From positions 2,460,001-2,492,000 of the forward strand of contig OY776328.1 in assembly GCA_963675515.1 (NCBI GenBank): a DNA stretch of 32,000 bases. Reading direction: 5' to 3'. The notes below the pieces were generated by a model. It was not told where the DNA came from and searched no databases. It was given only the letters and a program-made list of their open reading frames with translations. This stretch comes from Coprobacillaceae bacterium (lineage in GTDB: Bacteria > Bacillota_I > Bacilli_A > Erysipelotrichales > Coprobacillaceae). Shown here piece after piece: positions 1-8,463 of the stretch (position 1 is the stretch's first letter; every line of letters starts with the position of its first letter). A program made the translations under genes and the position numbers.

Positions 1-443
1 TACAGCATCGTCTGGAAGAAGCTCTTAAACACAGCCAGGAAACTTTGGTTGAAGTTTACCGTGTTTTTGATCACCGGGATCAAAATGAAGGCAAACAACA
101 AGGCTAGAAGGGCCACCATGGTCCGCACGATGATTTCGACACTTAGCACCGGCGCCTTGAGCAATATAAGATAGTAGCCAAATGTCAAGATGACGCTGGC
201 TCCCATCAGGACGATGCGGATGATTGTCTTGTCAAAGAACCGTTCATAAATGGCCTGGGAGCACGCGCCGATGAATGCGCCCACTATCAAAGCAAGCAGT
301 TCCTTTTCGTAGTCTTTAGGCCCGTTGATGGCCATGGCATTGACAACAGCCCCAATAACCAGAAAGACTTCAGTTATCGGATAGCGGACAATGGCTTTCG
401 ACAGGCCCGCAAGCCGGTTGAGCAATTTGGAAAATTTTTTCAT
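1..443 (-). CDS. Polytopic membrane protein, N-terminal part (gene runs off the left edge)
   Basis: ATG at 443-441 preceded by AGAGGG. Hand translation MKKFSKLLNRLAGLSKAIVRYPITEVFLVIGAVVNAMAING... stays open to base 1 and is rich in hydrophobic helices. Not in the ORF track because it is truncated. Confidence 0.6.
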   Translation of the reverse strand, partial: MKKFSKLLNRLAGLSKAIVRYPITEVFLVIGAVVNAMAINGPKDYEKELLALIVGAFIGACSQAIYERFFDKTIIRIVLMGASVILTFGYYLILLKAPVLSVEIIVRTMVALLALLFAFILIPVIKNTVNFNQSFLAVFKSFFQTML

Positions 444-765
444 GAGGATAACCCTCTTTCTTTTAGATATTGTTTTAAATCACTGATCAATACAATGGTA
501 AAATACTAATATCCCTAAAACAACAAGAATTAAAGCTTTTCATTGGGAAACTGTCGCTGACTATTATGGTTGTCTGTTTTACCCAAATCCGATTGAAATT
601 ATTACTTTTATGCCTAATTTAATTTAAACACAAATGGAACCGAATTTCAAGATATCCCCACAGCAATCTGATAATATCGCGGCAAATCATGAGACAGCCG
701 CCTTTTTGATTTTGTCCCATTGTCATTACATAATTTCATTTGGTACTGTTTATTTCCACGATAAG

Positions 766-774
766 TGTTATAAT
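766..774 (+). promoter_or_regulatory. Extended -10 promoter element (TGTTATAAT) for the lipoprotein genes
   Basis: Exact TGnTATAAT at 766-774 inside a ~490-bp AT-rich intergenic region. No good -35. Implies a ~150-nt leader before the ATG at 931. Confidence 0.4.
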
Positions 775-930
775 TATATTACATAGAGAATCCAAATTGA
801 GTAATACCACTATGCGACATCCCCATCGCTTTTTAATCCTCTTTTGGACTTCCCTGACTTTGATACCATTGGCCCTGGCGATAATCTGATAATCATCCTG
901 ATCTCGAACAATTACAAAGGAGCGATTATT

Positions 931-3858
931 ATGAAAAAAATCATTTATCTGATGTCTTTAATCTTAGTCTTGTTTTCATTTTCCGCCTGCGACACCCAGA
1001 ATCCCGACAACGGCGGTGCCTTGGCTTCAGACTATTTTCCGATCCTGGAAAATGTCCGCTACTATTACCGGGGCGAACAGAATGATTATGGTACTTTTGA
1101 TGTTTATCCCGATTATGCCGATGACCAATCCATGCAACTGAGGATCAGTGACAACAGCACCTCCAAGCTGGCCGTCATCAAAGCAGCCGATGATCAAGTC
1201 ACCCTGGTCTACCAGGACCAGGACATTAATTACCGGGAAAACCTTTTGGCCAAGACCAACACCGATCTTGTCCTGATAAACACACCGATAGCCGTTGAAA
1301 CCAGCTGGCAGTTCGGTGAAGGAGTAACCCGGAGCATCACCGACGTCGCAACAACCGTGGAAACCCCAATCGCCAACTATGAAGCGATTGAAATCACTAC
1401 CGAATACGGCGATCATTCGACAGTCGAATATTACGCCAAGGATGTCGGTCTGGTCAAATCAATCACGACAACCGCCAATTCCAGCGTCACTTCAATCCTG
1501 AGCTCGATTGTCCAGGACACATCGATCACCCAGGCTGTCAATTTCTATTACCCTAATCTTGACCATGAAATAATCTATTATCAGACCAGGGATCTTGAAT
1601 TCAGGACAAATGATGTGACTGCGACTATTCTTCAAGACAGCTACAAGGAAGTCCCTGAAAAAGTCAATGCGGTACTTGGCGCCAATACCATAATCAATGA
1701 CTATCATCTAGGCGAAAACGACCAGGCGTATCTGGATCTGTCGCAGGAATTCATATCCGAAATGAATTCCGGGGCCCAACTAGAATCGATGATGCTTACC
1801 GCACTTGCCAACACATTTGGATCTTACTATGGTGTAAATGAGCTGATGCTTAGAATCGATGGCAATCTATACGAATCCGGACATATCGCCCTTGGTGAAG
1901 ATGAAACACTCGCTGTCGATGCCATCAACAGCTTCGACATCGCCACCTTCGATGACCACGAACCCGGACAGACACCGACAAGCGTGGCAAGCGATTACTT
2001 CCCGATCATAAACAACAGCCACTACTTCTATCAAGGATCCGGCGATGTGTACGCTTCCTACGATGTCTATATCGATTACAGTGATCAAAACACAATTCAG
2101 CAGAGAATTTGTTACGGCGATGTGGAAACTATCAGAGTAATCAAGATTTCCACTGACACCATAACCGAAACATATACTCAAAACGAAGCTTACGCCCGGG
2201 CAAACATGATGAGCCGGACCAACAGCGATGAAATCTTGCTAAAAGGACCAATTGTAGTGGGAACCAGCTGGTCTGTCGGCAACAATGGCATTAGAACAAT
2301 CACAAACGGAGCCGTAACCTTGACCACCTCAAGTGGCACTTATACCGCAATTGAAGTGACCACAAGTTATGATGATGGCTATAGTATAAACTACTATGTC
2401 AAGGGAGTCGGGCTGGTGAAATCCATCAACACTACCGAGTTCGAAGTATCTTCGACACTTAGCGAAATTGAAACCGACAAGGCATTTGTCCAGGCAGTCA
2501 AGTTCTACTACCCTAACATCAATGATGACAAACTGTACTATCAGACCAAATCAATCAGCTTCAGGACCAATGACATAACCCGGATAGTTTTCCAGAACGC
2601 CTATAAGGACGTACCCGCTAATGTCGGCAAGGTCTTTACGACCAACACCAAGATCAACTGGTACTATCTCAACCAGGACGGCATGACCTACATCGATCTT
2701 AGCCGGGCATTCATCAGTGAAATGAACGCCGGTTCCGGATATGAAGGCATGATTCTCCAATCCGTCGCCAACACTTTTGGGGGCTATTTCGATACCGCCA
2801 AAGTCGTGTTGACTATCGATGGTGGTCTGTATGAATCCGGACACTACGCCTTTGGCCGGTTCGACTATCTCGATGTCGATTTTTCCAACTCATTCGACAT
2901 CACCACATTGACACCACCGGCCACAACGGCCAGCGCTTCAAGCTACTTCCCGATTCTCCAAAACACCCGCTACGCCTATCAGGGCGATGGCAATGAGTAT
3001 GCCCAGTTCGATGCCTATATCGATTACACCAACGAGAACTCCTATCAGCAACGGGAAAACAACGGCGGCACCGAAGTCGTAAAGGTCATCAAAGTCGAAA
3101 AAGACAAAGTTACTCAGACATATTTCCAGGCGGAAACATATTACCGGGAAAATTCATTGAAAAAGACCAACACCAATGAAGTGCTGCTCCAGGGTCCGAT
3201 TCAGGTCGGAACATCATGGCAGCTCGCCAATGGCAACACCCGCAAAATAACGGCGGTCGACAAGTCGATAACCACCCCTAAGGGCACCTACAAGACAATC
3301 GAAGTGACAACCCAGGGTCCAAACTACCAGAACATCTACTATTATGCCCAAAATGTGGGCCTGGTGAAAATTTTAAGCAAGGGCGAGGGCTATGAAGTGT
3401 CTTCCAATCTCGAAGAAATCGAGACGGACAAGGCCCTGGTCCAACATATCGCTTTCTACTATCCAAATATCAACGACTCCAAGATCTACTTCCAGTACAA
3501 ATCAGTCAGTTTCAATACTAATGACATAACCCGCATCACCCTCCAAAATGCCTACAAGCAAGTGCCCGGGTCAGTGGGAAAAGTATTCTCGAACAACACC
3601 AAGATAAACTGGCTTTACCTCAACAAGGACGGAATGGCATATATCGACCTTTCGTCAGAGTATCTCACTGAAATGAACGCCGGGGCCGGCTATGAAGCCA
3701 TGATGCTCCAATGTGTCGCAAACACTTTCGGTTCCTATTATGGCGTCAACCGGGTCCTGCTGACCATCAATAACCAGCAGTATTCTTCCGGACATATTTA
3801 TCTTGAAAAATTCGAATACCTGACTGTCGACACAAGCGACAATGTCGCACTCAACTAG
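931..3858 (+). CDS. Large lipoprotein made of three tandem ~310-aa modules, each an N-terminal beta-rich domain plus a GerMN-like C-terminal domain
   Basis: The internal ATG at 931 (MKKIIYLMSLILVLFSFSAC) has an AAGGAG RBS and a signal peptide with a lipobox (Cys codon at 988). The TTG at 844 in the track has neither. Modules start at 1024, 1987 and 2935 with A-S-D/S-Y-F-P. Each ends in a GerMN-like pattern (FYYPNxND...YxDLSxEfxsEMNAGxxxExMMLQxxANTFGxYYxV..v.LtIDG..YESGH). Confidence 0.85.
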   Translation: MKKIIYLMSLILVLFSFSACDTQNPDNGGALASDYFPILENVRYYYRGEQNDYGTFDVYPDYADDQSMQLRISDNSTSKLAVIKAADDQVTLVYQDQDINYRENLLAKTNTDLVLINTPIAVETSWQFGEGVTRSITDVATTVETPIANYEAIEITTEYGDHSTVEYYAKDVGLVKSITTTANSSVTSILSSIVQDTSITQAVNFYYPNLDHEIIYYQTRDLEFRTNDVTATILQDSYKEVPEKVNAVLGANTIINDYHLGENDQAYLDLSQEFISEMNSGAQLESMMLTALANTFGSYYGVNELMLRIDGNLYESGHIALGEDETLAVDAINSFDIATFDDHEPGQTPTSVASDYFPIINNSHYFYQGSGDVYASYDVYIDYSDQNTIQQRICYGDVETIRVIKISTDTITETYTQNEAYARANMMSRTNSDEILLKGPIVVGTSWSVGNNGIRTITNGAVTLTTSSGTYTAIEVTTSYDDGYSINYYVKGVGLVKSINTTEFEVSSTLSEIETDKAFVQAVKFYYPNINDDKLYYQTKSISFRTNDITRIVFQNAYKDVPANVGKVFTTNTKINWYYLNQDGMTYIDLSRAFISEMNAGSGYEGMILQSVANTFGGYFDTAKVVLTIDGGLYESGHYAFGRFDYLDVDFSNSFDITTLTPPATTASASSYFPILQNTRYAYQGDGNEYAQFDAYIDYTNENSYQQRENNGGTEVVKVIKVEKDKVTQTYFQAETYYRENSLKKTNTNEVLLQGPIQVGTSWQLANGNTRKITAVDKSITTPKGTYKTIEVTTQGPNYQNIYYYAQNVGLVKILSKGEGYEVSSNLEEIETDKALVQHIAFYYPNINDSKIYFQYKSVSFNTNDITRITLQNAYKQVPGSVGKVFSNNTKINWLYLNKDGMAYIDLSSEYLTEMNAGAGYEAMMLQCVANTFGSYYGVNRVLLTINNQQYSSGHIYLEKFEYLTVDTSDNVALN

Positions 3859-4886
3859 GGAGGTTCGCAATGAAAAAAATCAGGCTTTTGACGGTCATGA
3901 CGATTGCCGCCATCGTTCTTGGTGGCTGCACGCCCACTGATGACAATCCAAATACAACCGCGAGCGACTATTATCCGATTGGACAGAACGTCCGCTACTA
4001 CTATGAAGGTTCGGGCAATGAGTATGCTTCTTATGATGTCCATATCGACTACACCAGCGAAAACATGATCCAGCGGCGCATCAACAACGGTGGCACCGAA
4101 TCGGTTTCCGTAATCGAGATATCCGATGGCAAGGTCAGCGAAGTCTTCTTCCAGGGGGAAACTTATTACCGCGAAAATTTCCTGGACAGCACCAACAAGG
4201 ATGAAACACTGATCCAGGATCCCATTGCGGTGGGAACCACCTGGGAGCTAAGTGATGGCCGGAACCGGGAAATAACCAACCTGGATGTTGCCATCGAGAC
4301 CCCAAGCGGCAATTATGAGGCGCTGGAAATAACCACAGTGACAGACGATTACACCACCATCGATTACTACGCTAAGGATGTAGGATTGGTCAGGTCGGTC
4401 TTCACAACCGGGGCGGATGAGATTTCCTCAACCCTGGCGACAATCGAGAAGAACACAAGCTGGTCCAAAAATATTTCATTTTACTATCCAAACATCAATG
4501 ACGGCTTGCTTTACTACAAGACCAAGAACGTGGAATTTTCAACCAACGACATCACCAACGATGTTTTAAGCGCGACCTACAAGGCGGACATTCCAACCGA
4601 TACCGGGACAGTCTTGAGCGCCAATACTAAAATCAATTCGCTTTATCTCAATGAAGATGGCATGGCGTATCTTGATCTTTCCTCAGAGTACCTGAGCGAA
4701 ATGAATGCCGGTGCCCAATACGAATCGATGATGCTCCAATGCATCGCCAATACATTTGGCAACTATTATATGGTCGAAAAAGTATTGCTCACAATCGATG
4801 GCAATGAGTACGAATCCGGACATATCGCATTGGCACCGGGGGAATACCTGGTCATAAACAATGAAGGCAACGTGGCACTCGACGAC
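1024..4886 (+). repeat. Four tandem, diverged protein-coding module repeats (1024-1986, 1987-2934, 2935-3855, 3960-4886)
   Basis: Clear periodicity in the translated ORFs. Boundaries were mapped from the recurring ASDYFP/ASSYFP/ASDYYP motif and checked to be in frame. Confidence 0.85.
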
Positions 4887-4889
4887 TAA
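3870..4889 (+). CDS. Single-module lipoprotein paralog (same N-terminal domain plus GerMN-like domain)
   Basis: GGGAGG RBS 7 nt upstream. MKKIRLLTVMTIAAIVLGGC is a lipoprotein signal. The mature part aligns along its whole length with each module of the upstream gene (ASDYYPIGQNVRYYYEGSGNEYASYDVHIDY... / ...YLDLSSEYLSEMNAGAQYESMMLQCIANTFGNYY). Confidence 0.9.
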   Translation: MKKIRLLTVMTIAAIVLGGCTPTDDNPNTTASDYYPIGQNVRYYYEGSGNEYASYDVHIDYTSENMIQRRINNGGTESVSVIEISDGKVSEVFFQGETYYRENFLDSTNKDETLIQDPIAVGTTWELSDGRNREITNLDVAIETPSGNYEALEITTVTDDYTTIDYYAKDVGLVRSVFTTGADEISSTLATIEKNTSWSKNISFYYPNINDGLLYYKTKNVEFSTNDITNDVLSATYKADIPTDTGTVLSANTKINSLYLNEDGMAYLDLSSEYLSEMNAGAQYESMMLQCIANTFGNYYMVEKVLLTIDGNEYESGHIALAPGEYLVINNEGNVALDD

Positions 4890-4916
4890 AAGAGGTTCAT
4901 TACGAACCTCTTTTTT
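4888..4916. terminator. Bidirectional rho-independent terminator between convergent genes
   Basis: AGAGGTTC (4891-4898) / GAACCTCT (4904-4911), 5-nt loop, A-run upstream and T6 downstream. Overlaps the last codons of the minus-strand gene. Confidence 0.8.
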
Positions 4917-5997
4917 GATTATTTGCCTCCAGATCCAGAAGCTTGTGTTTGATGTCCAACCCGGCCGCATAGCCGACAAGCTTTTTATTTGCGCCGATCA
5001 CCCGGTGGCAGGGAACGACAATGGCCAGGGGATTCTTGTTGTTCGCTCCTCCGACCGCCCGGACTGCCCGTTCATTGCCTATGGCGATTGCGATATCCTT
5101 GTAGGTGCAAGTGGAACCATAAGGTATTTTTTCCAATTCATGCCACACCTGCAGCTGGAAAGTCGTCCCTTCCAGCCTGTAAGGAAAATCGAAGCCGGTC
5201 CTCTGGCCCGCAAAATATTCCTCAAGCTGCCTGAAGACCAGATCACTCAAGGCGGTCCTTGTCCCGCTCCCGCTTTCGCCGGTCCAGCAGATCCCAGTGA
5301 TCACTTCGCCCTGGTACGATATTTTCAAAGGACCCACCGGGCTGGGATAAACCGCATGGTCGCTCCTGTCATGTTTTACCGGTGTCGGTTTGGCGGTTTT
5401 TTCATGGGCGAGTTCCCAAAGGTAAAGTGACGCCACGCTCCCATAGGGATGGACCAGATCCCCGAACCGTTCCAATTCCCGGTCAGTAAACGATTCCACT
5501 TGATAGAGCCGTTTGAGACCGCGCATTATTCCCAGATCATCGAAGCTGATGACATCCTGGCGGCCCAAAGTGAAAATAAGCACCATCTGCGCACTCCAGG
5601 GACCGATCCCCTTGATTTTCACCAGTTCTTTTACGAATTCCCGATTGTCAAGGGTCACCAGATGATCCAGATCGATTTCCCGGCTGGCCACCGCCCGGGT
5701 GAACTCCAGGATATGGTCAACTTTCCGCCACGAAAGACCGCACGCCTGCAAGGCATCCGCTTCCAGCGCGATGAAAGAATCAGGCTTAACATCATCGACC
5801 AGGGCAACGATCTTGTCCCAGATTGTCATGTACGCCCGCGTCGAGATCTGCTGGGCGACAATCTGCCTGATCACCCCCGCATATAAATCCGGCTCCATCT
5901 CCCGTTCGATCGGGCCGATTCTTTCAATCACTTCTTTGAGCAGGGGTTCCCTTCTTTTTAGATAGTCAGTCTGTTCGCCTGAGTACTTGAAAATCAT
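4900..5997 (-). CDS. Fusion protein: DNA-3-methyladenine glycosylase II (AlkA-type HhH-GPD) N-terminal, methylated-DNA-protein-cysteine methyltransferase (Ogt/MGMT) C-terminal
   Basis: N-terminal half has the HhH motif (IKGIGPWSAQMVL) and the downstream Asp (SFDDLGI). C-terminal half has the MGMT active site IVVPCHRVIG and the NKNPLAIVVP context. Its ATG overlaps the upstream TGA (ATGA). Confidence 0.9.
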   Translation of the reverse strand: MIFKYSGEQTDYLKRREPLLKEVIERIGPIEREMEPDLYAGVIRQIVAQQISTRAYMTIWDKIVALVDDVKPDSFIALEADALQACGLSWRKVDHILEFTRAVASREIDLDHLVTLDNREFVKELVKIKGIGPWSAQMVLIFTLGRQDVISFDDLGIMRGLKRLYQVESFTDRELERFGDLVHPYGSVASLYLWELAHEKTAKPTPVKHDRSDHAVYPSPVGPLKISYQGEVITGICWTGESGSGTRTALSDLVFRQLEEYFAGQRTGFDFPYRLEGTTFQLQVWHELEKIPYGSTCTYKDIAIAIGNERAVRAVGGANNKNPLAIVVPCHRVIGANKKLVGYAAGLDIKHKLLDLEANNQKRGS

Positions 5998-6470
5998 AAT
6001 GTTCTCGCCCAGGCCAGGGCTTCTTCCTTGATATTTTCATAATCTTCAACAACGTTCAAGCAGGAAAATACGCCCTTTAGATTGTTTTTGGAACCAATCA
6101 TATTTCTGATTTGGGCATTTACCTTCTTGTCACCGCCTTCATGGGTGTAAAGGAAACCGACATCCTTATTTGAAAATGGCACAGCTTTGATGAACGACCT
6201 TATAGCCGGAGCCAGCCTTCCCGCCCATACCGGGCCTGCCATGATGATGGTGTCGTACTTGACCCAGTCGACATCGACATTTTCGAGTTTTGGGAGAATA
6301 TTGTTCAGAGACAAAAATCCGCCGATGAAATATTTCAAAAACCCTGTCAGTCTGGCTTGCCTGGCCGGCCTTAGCTCGACAACATCCCAGTCCATCATCT
6401 CCTGAAGATAGCGGACAATTCTGGCTGTGTTTCCGGTATATGAATAGTAAACAATGACTGTTTTTGCCAT
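5994..6470 (-). CDS. Flavodoxin-family protein
   Basis: Start moved to MAKTVIVYYSYTGNT (GGGAGA RBS). This is a typical flavodoxin N-terminal FMN-phosphate loop. About 158 aa. Confidence 0.85.
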   Translation of the reverse strand: MAKTVIVYYSYTGNTARIVRYLQEMMDWDVVELRPARQARLTGFLKYFIGGFLSLNNILPKLENVDVDWVKYDTIIMAGPVWAGRLAPAIRSFIKAVPFSNKDVGFLYTHEGGDKKVNAQIRNMIGSKNNLKGVFSCLNVVEDYENIKEEALAWARTL

Positions 6471-6471
6471 C

Positions 6472-7221
6472 TTAATTTTCTCCCTTGTCTTCAAGCAGCC
6501 AGGCGACACACTCGCTAAGTGAATCCACCAGGTGACTGGCCGCTTCTTTTACTCGCAGCGGGCTCGAATTGAAAGTGAAACTCAGCTCGCTGCCCTCGAG
6601 CATTGGCACGTCGTTGTAGTTGTCACCGATGCAGGCGACATCATGTCCCAAGCCGTATAAGCTTTTGATTGCCTTGATTCCTGTGTCCTTCGAACAGCCT
6701 TTGGCGACGCAATCGATGTTGCCCATATTGACAAATGCATCGAGCTGCGGATACTCGTTGAGTTTTACTGCCAGCTCCATTGCGGCCTGGTCGTCATCGA
6801 GATGAAGGGATATTCCCAGGATTTCCACATCCTGATGCATATGCGAATACGGCTTGAAAATATCGTGATGACCATGGTGTTCATCTGCGATGGTATAGTA
6901 AATATATTCATCGGTCAAAATCGTGATCGAGCAGCCCGAATAGCTGGCAATCAGATCCTTTGCCACATTATAGGCTATCGTATTTTTATAGATGCACTGT
7001 CTGTTGCCATCCAGGATGTAAGCTCCACTGTTGAGGATGTAGAAATCCGGAGCCAGCCTTTCATCAAGAAAACGGACAATCCCCATCAGTGGGCGCCCCG
7101 TGCAAAAACCGAATTTGTTTCCTTGTCCCTGGAAATCTAGAATCGCGACAATATCATCTTCCTTGTAACCGACGTCCTGGAAGTACAATGTCCCGTCAAA
7201 ATCGCTCGCCAATACCTTCAT
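6472..7221 (-). CDS. HAD-IIB (Cof-type) phosphatase
   Basis: Start moved to MKVLASDFDGTLYF (DxDGT motif I) with a GGGGGA RBS. C-terminal GDNYNDVPML is motif IV. Confidence 0.85.
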   Translation of the reverse strand: MKVLASDFDGTLYFQDVGYKEDDIVAILDFQGQGNKFGFCTGRPLMGIVRFLDERLAPDFYILNSGAYILDGNRQCIYKNTIAYNVAKDLIASYSGCSITILTDEYIYYTIADEHHGHHDIFKPYSHMHQDVEILGISLHLDDDQAAMELAVKLNEYPQLDAFVNMGNIDCVAKGCSKDTGIKAIKSLYGLGHDVACIGDNYNDVPMLEGSELSFTFNSSPLRVKEAASHLVDSLSECVAWLLEDKGEN

Positions 7222-7230
7222 CTTGTTTTT

Positions 7231-7264
7231 CCCCCTTGCTTTTTTCCCCTTGCTTTTTTCCCTT
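7231..7264. repeat. Tandem 14-nt repeat (CCCCTTGCTTTTTT, about 2.4 copies) directly upstream of the HAD start codon
   Basis: Read directly: 7232-7245, 7246-7259 and a partial copy at 7260-7264. On the coding strand it repeats an SD-like AAGGGG three times. Confidence 0.6.
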
Positions 7265-7266
7265 AC

Positions 7267-7295
7267 ATTATGGCACCTTTTTTCAACACTGGCAA
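7267..7295 (-). promoter_or_regulatory. Sigma-A-type promoter of the HAD / flavodoxin / alkA-ogt operon
   Basis: Minus strand: TTGCCA (7295-7290), 17 nt, CATAAT (7272-7267), with TG at the extended -10 position. Confidence 0.5.
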
Positions 7296-7366
7296 GGATT
7301 CCACCCCGCGGATCAAAAATTTTCATCAGTCATGATAAGCCTTTGCTCCTTCTTGGTTTGCACATC

Positions 7367-7393
7367 AAAAAAACAGGGGATTGAAATCCTCTG
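7367..7393 (-). terminator. Rho-independent terminator after the membrane-protein gene
   Basis: 8-bp stem with one G-U pair (7374-7381 / 7386-7393), 4-nt loop, followed on the minus strand by T7 (plus A-run 7367-7373). Confidence 0.75.
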
Positions 7394-7419
7394 TTTGCAT
7401 CAAGCCAAGTCAGCCTGGT

Positions 7420-7854
7420 TCATATTTCGATCCCCATCAGGACTATATAGAGTCCAAGCAAGGCGACATACAAGATGGCAAAATAATATTGCCAAACCAA
7501 TTTTTTTAGATATGCGATTACGGCAGTCATCCCCAAAAGCAGTGCCGAAATCCCGATTGGAATCCATATGGGCTGGCCATAAGTCCGGATTCCAATCAGG
7601 ATCAAAATGGTCATCAGCGGCATCGTCATTACCATGGCTTTGATTGTGTCATTGAGCTTGGAAAGAGCGATACCTCCGGAAACAAGCAGGATCAATGCCA
7701 GAAAAACCAGACTGGCCATTTCACGTCCGATCAGACCGGCGGATGAATTGATGATTACAGCCGCCAGTAAAAATGCGCCATTGAAAAGAACGAATCCCCC
7801 TGCGATGATTACCAAAGCGCGCAGCAGATTCAAATAAGGTTGTCTTATTGACAT
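7420..7854 (-). CDS. Small integral membrane protein, function unknown
   Basis: Start moved to MSIRQPYLNLL with a GGAGGTGG RBS. About four hydrophobic helices. I recognise no family. Confidence 0.7.
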   Translation of the reverse strand: MSIRQPYLNLLRALVIIAGGFVLFNGAFLLAAVIINSSAGLIGREMASLVFLALILLVSGGIALSKLNDTIKAMVMTMPLMTILILIGIRTYGQPIWIPIGISALLLGMTAVIAYLKKLVWQYYFAILYVALLGLYIVLMGIEI

Positions 7855-7961
7855 GTTACCACCTCCAGGTGTTGGTGGCTGACTTGGCTGTTCCCTATCT
7901 GATTTCATTCTAATCCTTTTTTGACGATGTTTCAATAGGTCCGTTGATCCGCCCTCAAGAT

Positions 7962-7986
7962 AAAAAACCGCAAGCGCTGCGGTTTT
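7962..7986 (-). terminator. Rho-independent terminator after the GNAT gene
   Basis: Minus strand: AAAACCGCAGCGCTTGCGGTTTTTT. A GC stem CCGCA/TGCGG followed by a T-run. Confidence 0.8.
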
Positions 7987-8462
7987 CAGATCAGTTTTTC
8001 ATAATCGGTTTCTTCAAGACGGAAAGTCAGCCACTCACCAAGCTGGCGGGCGTTAAGCGACTTGTAGAAATTTATGCTTGATTGATTCCAGTCCAGGCAA
8101 GACCATTCGATCCGGCCACAACCCTGCTGTTTTGCCAGTCTGGCCAGTTCTTTAAACAAGCCCTTGCCATAACCGCGATGGCGATAAGGCGCAAGGACAA
8201 ACAGGTCTTCAAGGTAGATGCCCGGCTTGGCCTTGAACGTCGAGAAAGTGTGGAAATACAGGGCGAAACCGACTTCCTTGAGACCTTCCATGACAAAGAT
8301 GACTTCGGCCCTTTTCTGGTCGAACAGCCATTTTTCCAATGCGGACGGGGTTGCTTGGACCTGGTCGGCCATGTTCTCGTATATTGCCAGCTCATTGATG
8401 AACTCCAGGATCTTATGGCAATCTTCCCTGGTGGCGCTGCGAAATCCAACCTTTGTATCCAT
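7986..8462 (-). CDS. GNAT-family N-acetyltransferase (diamine/SSAT-like)
   Basis: Acetyl-CoA motif RHRGYGKGLF. Overall length and layout are typical of SSAT-like GNATs. Confidence 0.85.
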   Translation of the reverse strand: MDTKVGFRSATREDCHKILEFINELAIYENMADQVQATPSALEKWLFDQKRAEVIFVMEGLKEVGFALYFHTFSTFKAKPGIYLEDLFVLAPYRHRGYGKGLFKELARLAKQQGCGRIEWSCLDWNQSSINFYKSLNARQLGEWLTFRLEETDYEKLI

Positions 8463-8463
8463 A

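Noticed and set aside
634-786. 50-codon ORF (MEPNFKISPQQSDN...) in the intergenic region upstream of the lipoprotein genes.
   Set aside because: It has no SD sequence, it overlaps the predicted promoter, and its composition looks like random AT-rich DNA.
844-930. TTG-initiated N-terminal extension of the large lipoprotein ORF. Similar upstream extensions appear in the track for ORFs ending at 6509, 7326, 7935, 10430, 10828, 12136, 12693, 18774, 19252, 21582, 23739, 25491, 26364 and 27328.
   Set aside because: In each case an internal ATG has a strong SD at proper spacing and begins the recognisable family N-terminus (signal peptide, DxDGT, Rrf2 MKISTKGRYAL, and so on). The extensions run through AT-rich or promoter DNA.
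4861-5430. Long antisense ORFs opposite well-supported genes: 4861-5430, 5449-5886, 8082-8489, 13578-14399, 14962-15444, 16099-16713, 16434-17192, 19647-20093, 20518-21423, 22120-22851, 22900-23553, 23891-24466, 25873-26337 and 27881-28351.
   Set aside because: These are shadow ORFs of strongly motif-supported genes on the other strand. They have no RBS, low-complexity or Arg/Pro/Ser/Gly-rich composition, and no recognisable motifs.
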